A stretch of 52,781 nt of DNA, counting the filler, from Porpidia crustulata (taxonomy: Eukaryota): the NCBI GenBank assembly GCA_964255105.1. It is 3 parts of 3 records of this genome, joined end to end, with 100 filler letters (N's around TTAATTAATTAA, not from the genome) between each part and the next. Parts side by side here need not be neighbours in the genome. Positions count along the whole stretch, not along the records: positions 35,279 to 52,781 come from CAXUWE010000216.1; 2 more parts are not named here. One strand, 5' to 3'. The notes under the pieces were generated by a model that saw only the letters and a list, made by a program, of their open reading frames with translations, did no database searches and was not told the DNA's origin. A program made the position numbers and the translations under genes. Position 1 is the stretch's first letter. Every line of letters starts with the position of its first letter. Below, one piece after another: positions 52,642 to 52,781 of this stretch.

Positions 52642-52781
52642 CTCGTTTTCACCCCTAACAAGGCTCAAACTAGCAAGAATAACCCTAACCCTAGACATGC
52701 TGTTCCGTTGAAGGGTGTGTTCCATTAATTAAAAGTAGGTAGCTCTGGTCTAGAATAGGGGGGGGGGGTTTGTGGGCTTCT
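52642..52781. mobile_element. Third, diverged MITE-family copy in reverse orientation at the contig end
   Basis: TA|CTCGT…CACCCCTAAC…AAACTAG…AACCCTAACCCTAG matches the reverse complement of the right half of 42218-42337; G-run plus TTTG near 52758-52772. Confidence 0.55.

Noticed and set aside
37000..52781. Starship element
   Set aside because: No DUF3435 tyrosine recombinase, DUF3723 or boundary repeats recognisable; kept only as a hypothesis.

Overview
Intron-containing genomic DNA of a filamentous ascomycete (Pezizomycotina). The window is three contigs of nearly equal, descending length (1-17543, 17644-35178, 35279-52781) joined by artificial 100-nt N44-TTAATTAATTAA-N44 linkers. Neighbourhood across the gaps is therefore probably meaningless. 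Intact genes: two MFS efflux transporters, kynurenine formamidase, carboxypeptidase Y, adenine deaminase (with a TCGG-N6-CCGA UaY/Ppr1-type site upstream), a Zn2Cys6 transcription factor, a small conserved hypothetical protein and mitochondrial ferredoxin YAH1. UGO1 and a second conserved hypothetical gene are cut by gaps. Two tracts (about 3.3-13.7 kb and 37-52.8 kb) contain only decayed genes and TE relics. Most notable non-genic signals: a 120-145 bp TA-flanked MITE family carrying internal TTAGGG telomere-like repeats (3 copies); a tandem 126-bp tRNA-derived unit with Pol III A/B boxes and a T8 terminator; a 116-bp solo LTR with perfect TSD; and an intron-retaining C2H2 gene fragment inserted antisense into a fungal transcription-factor pseudogene. 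No clearly new multi-gene system is supportable from sequence alone.
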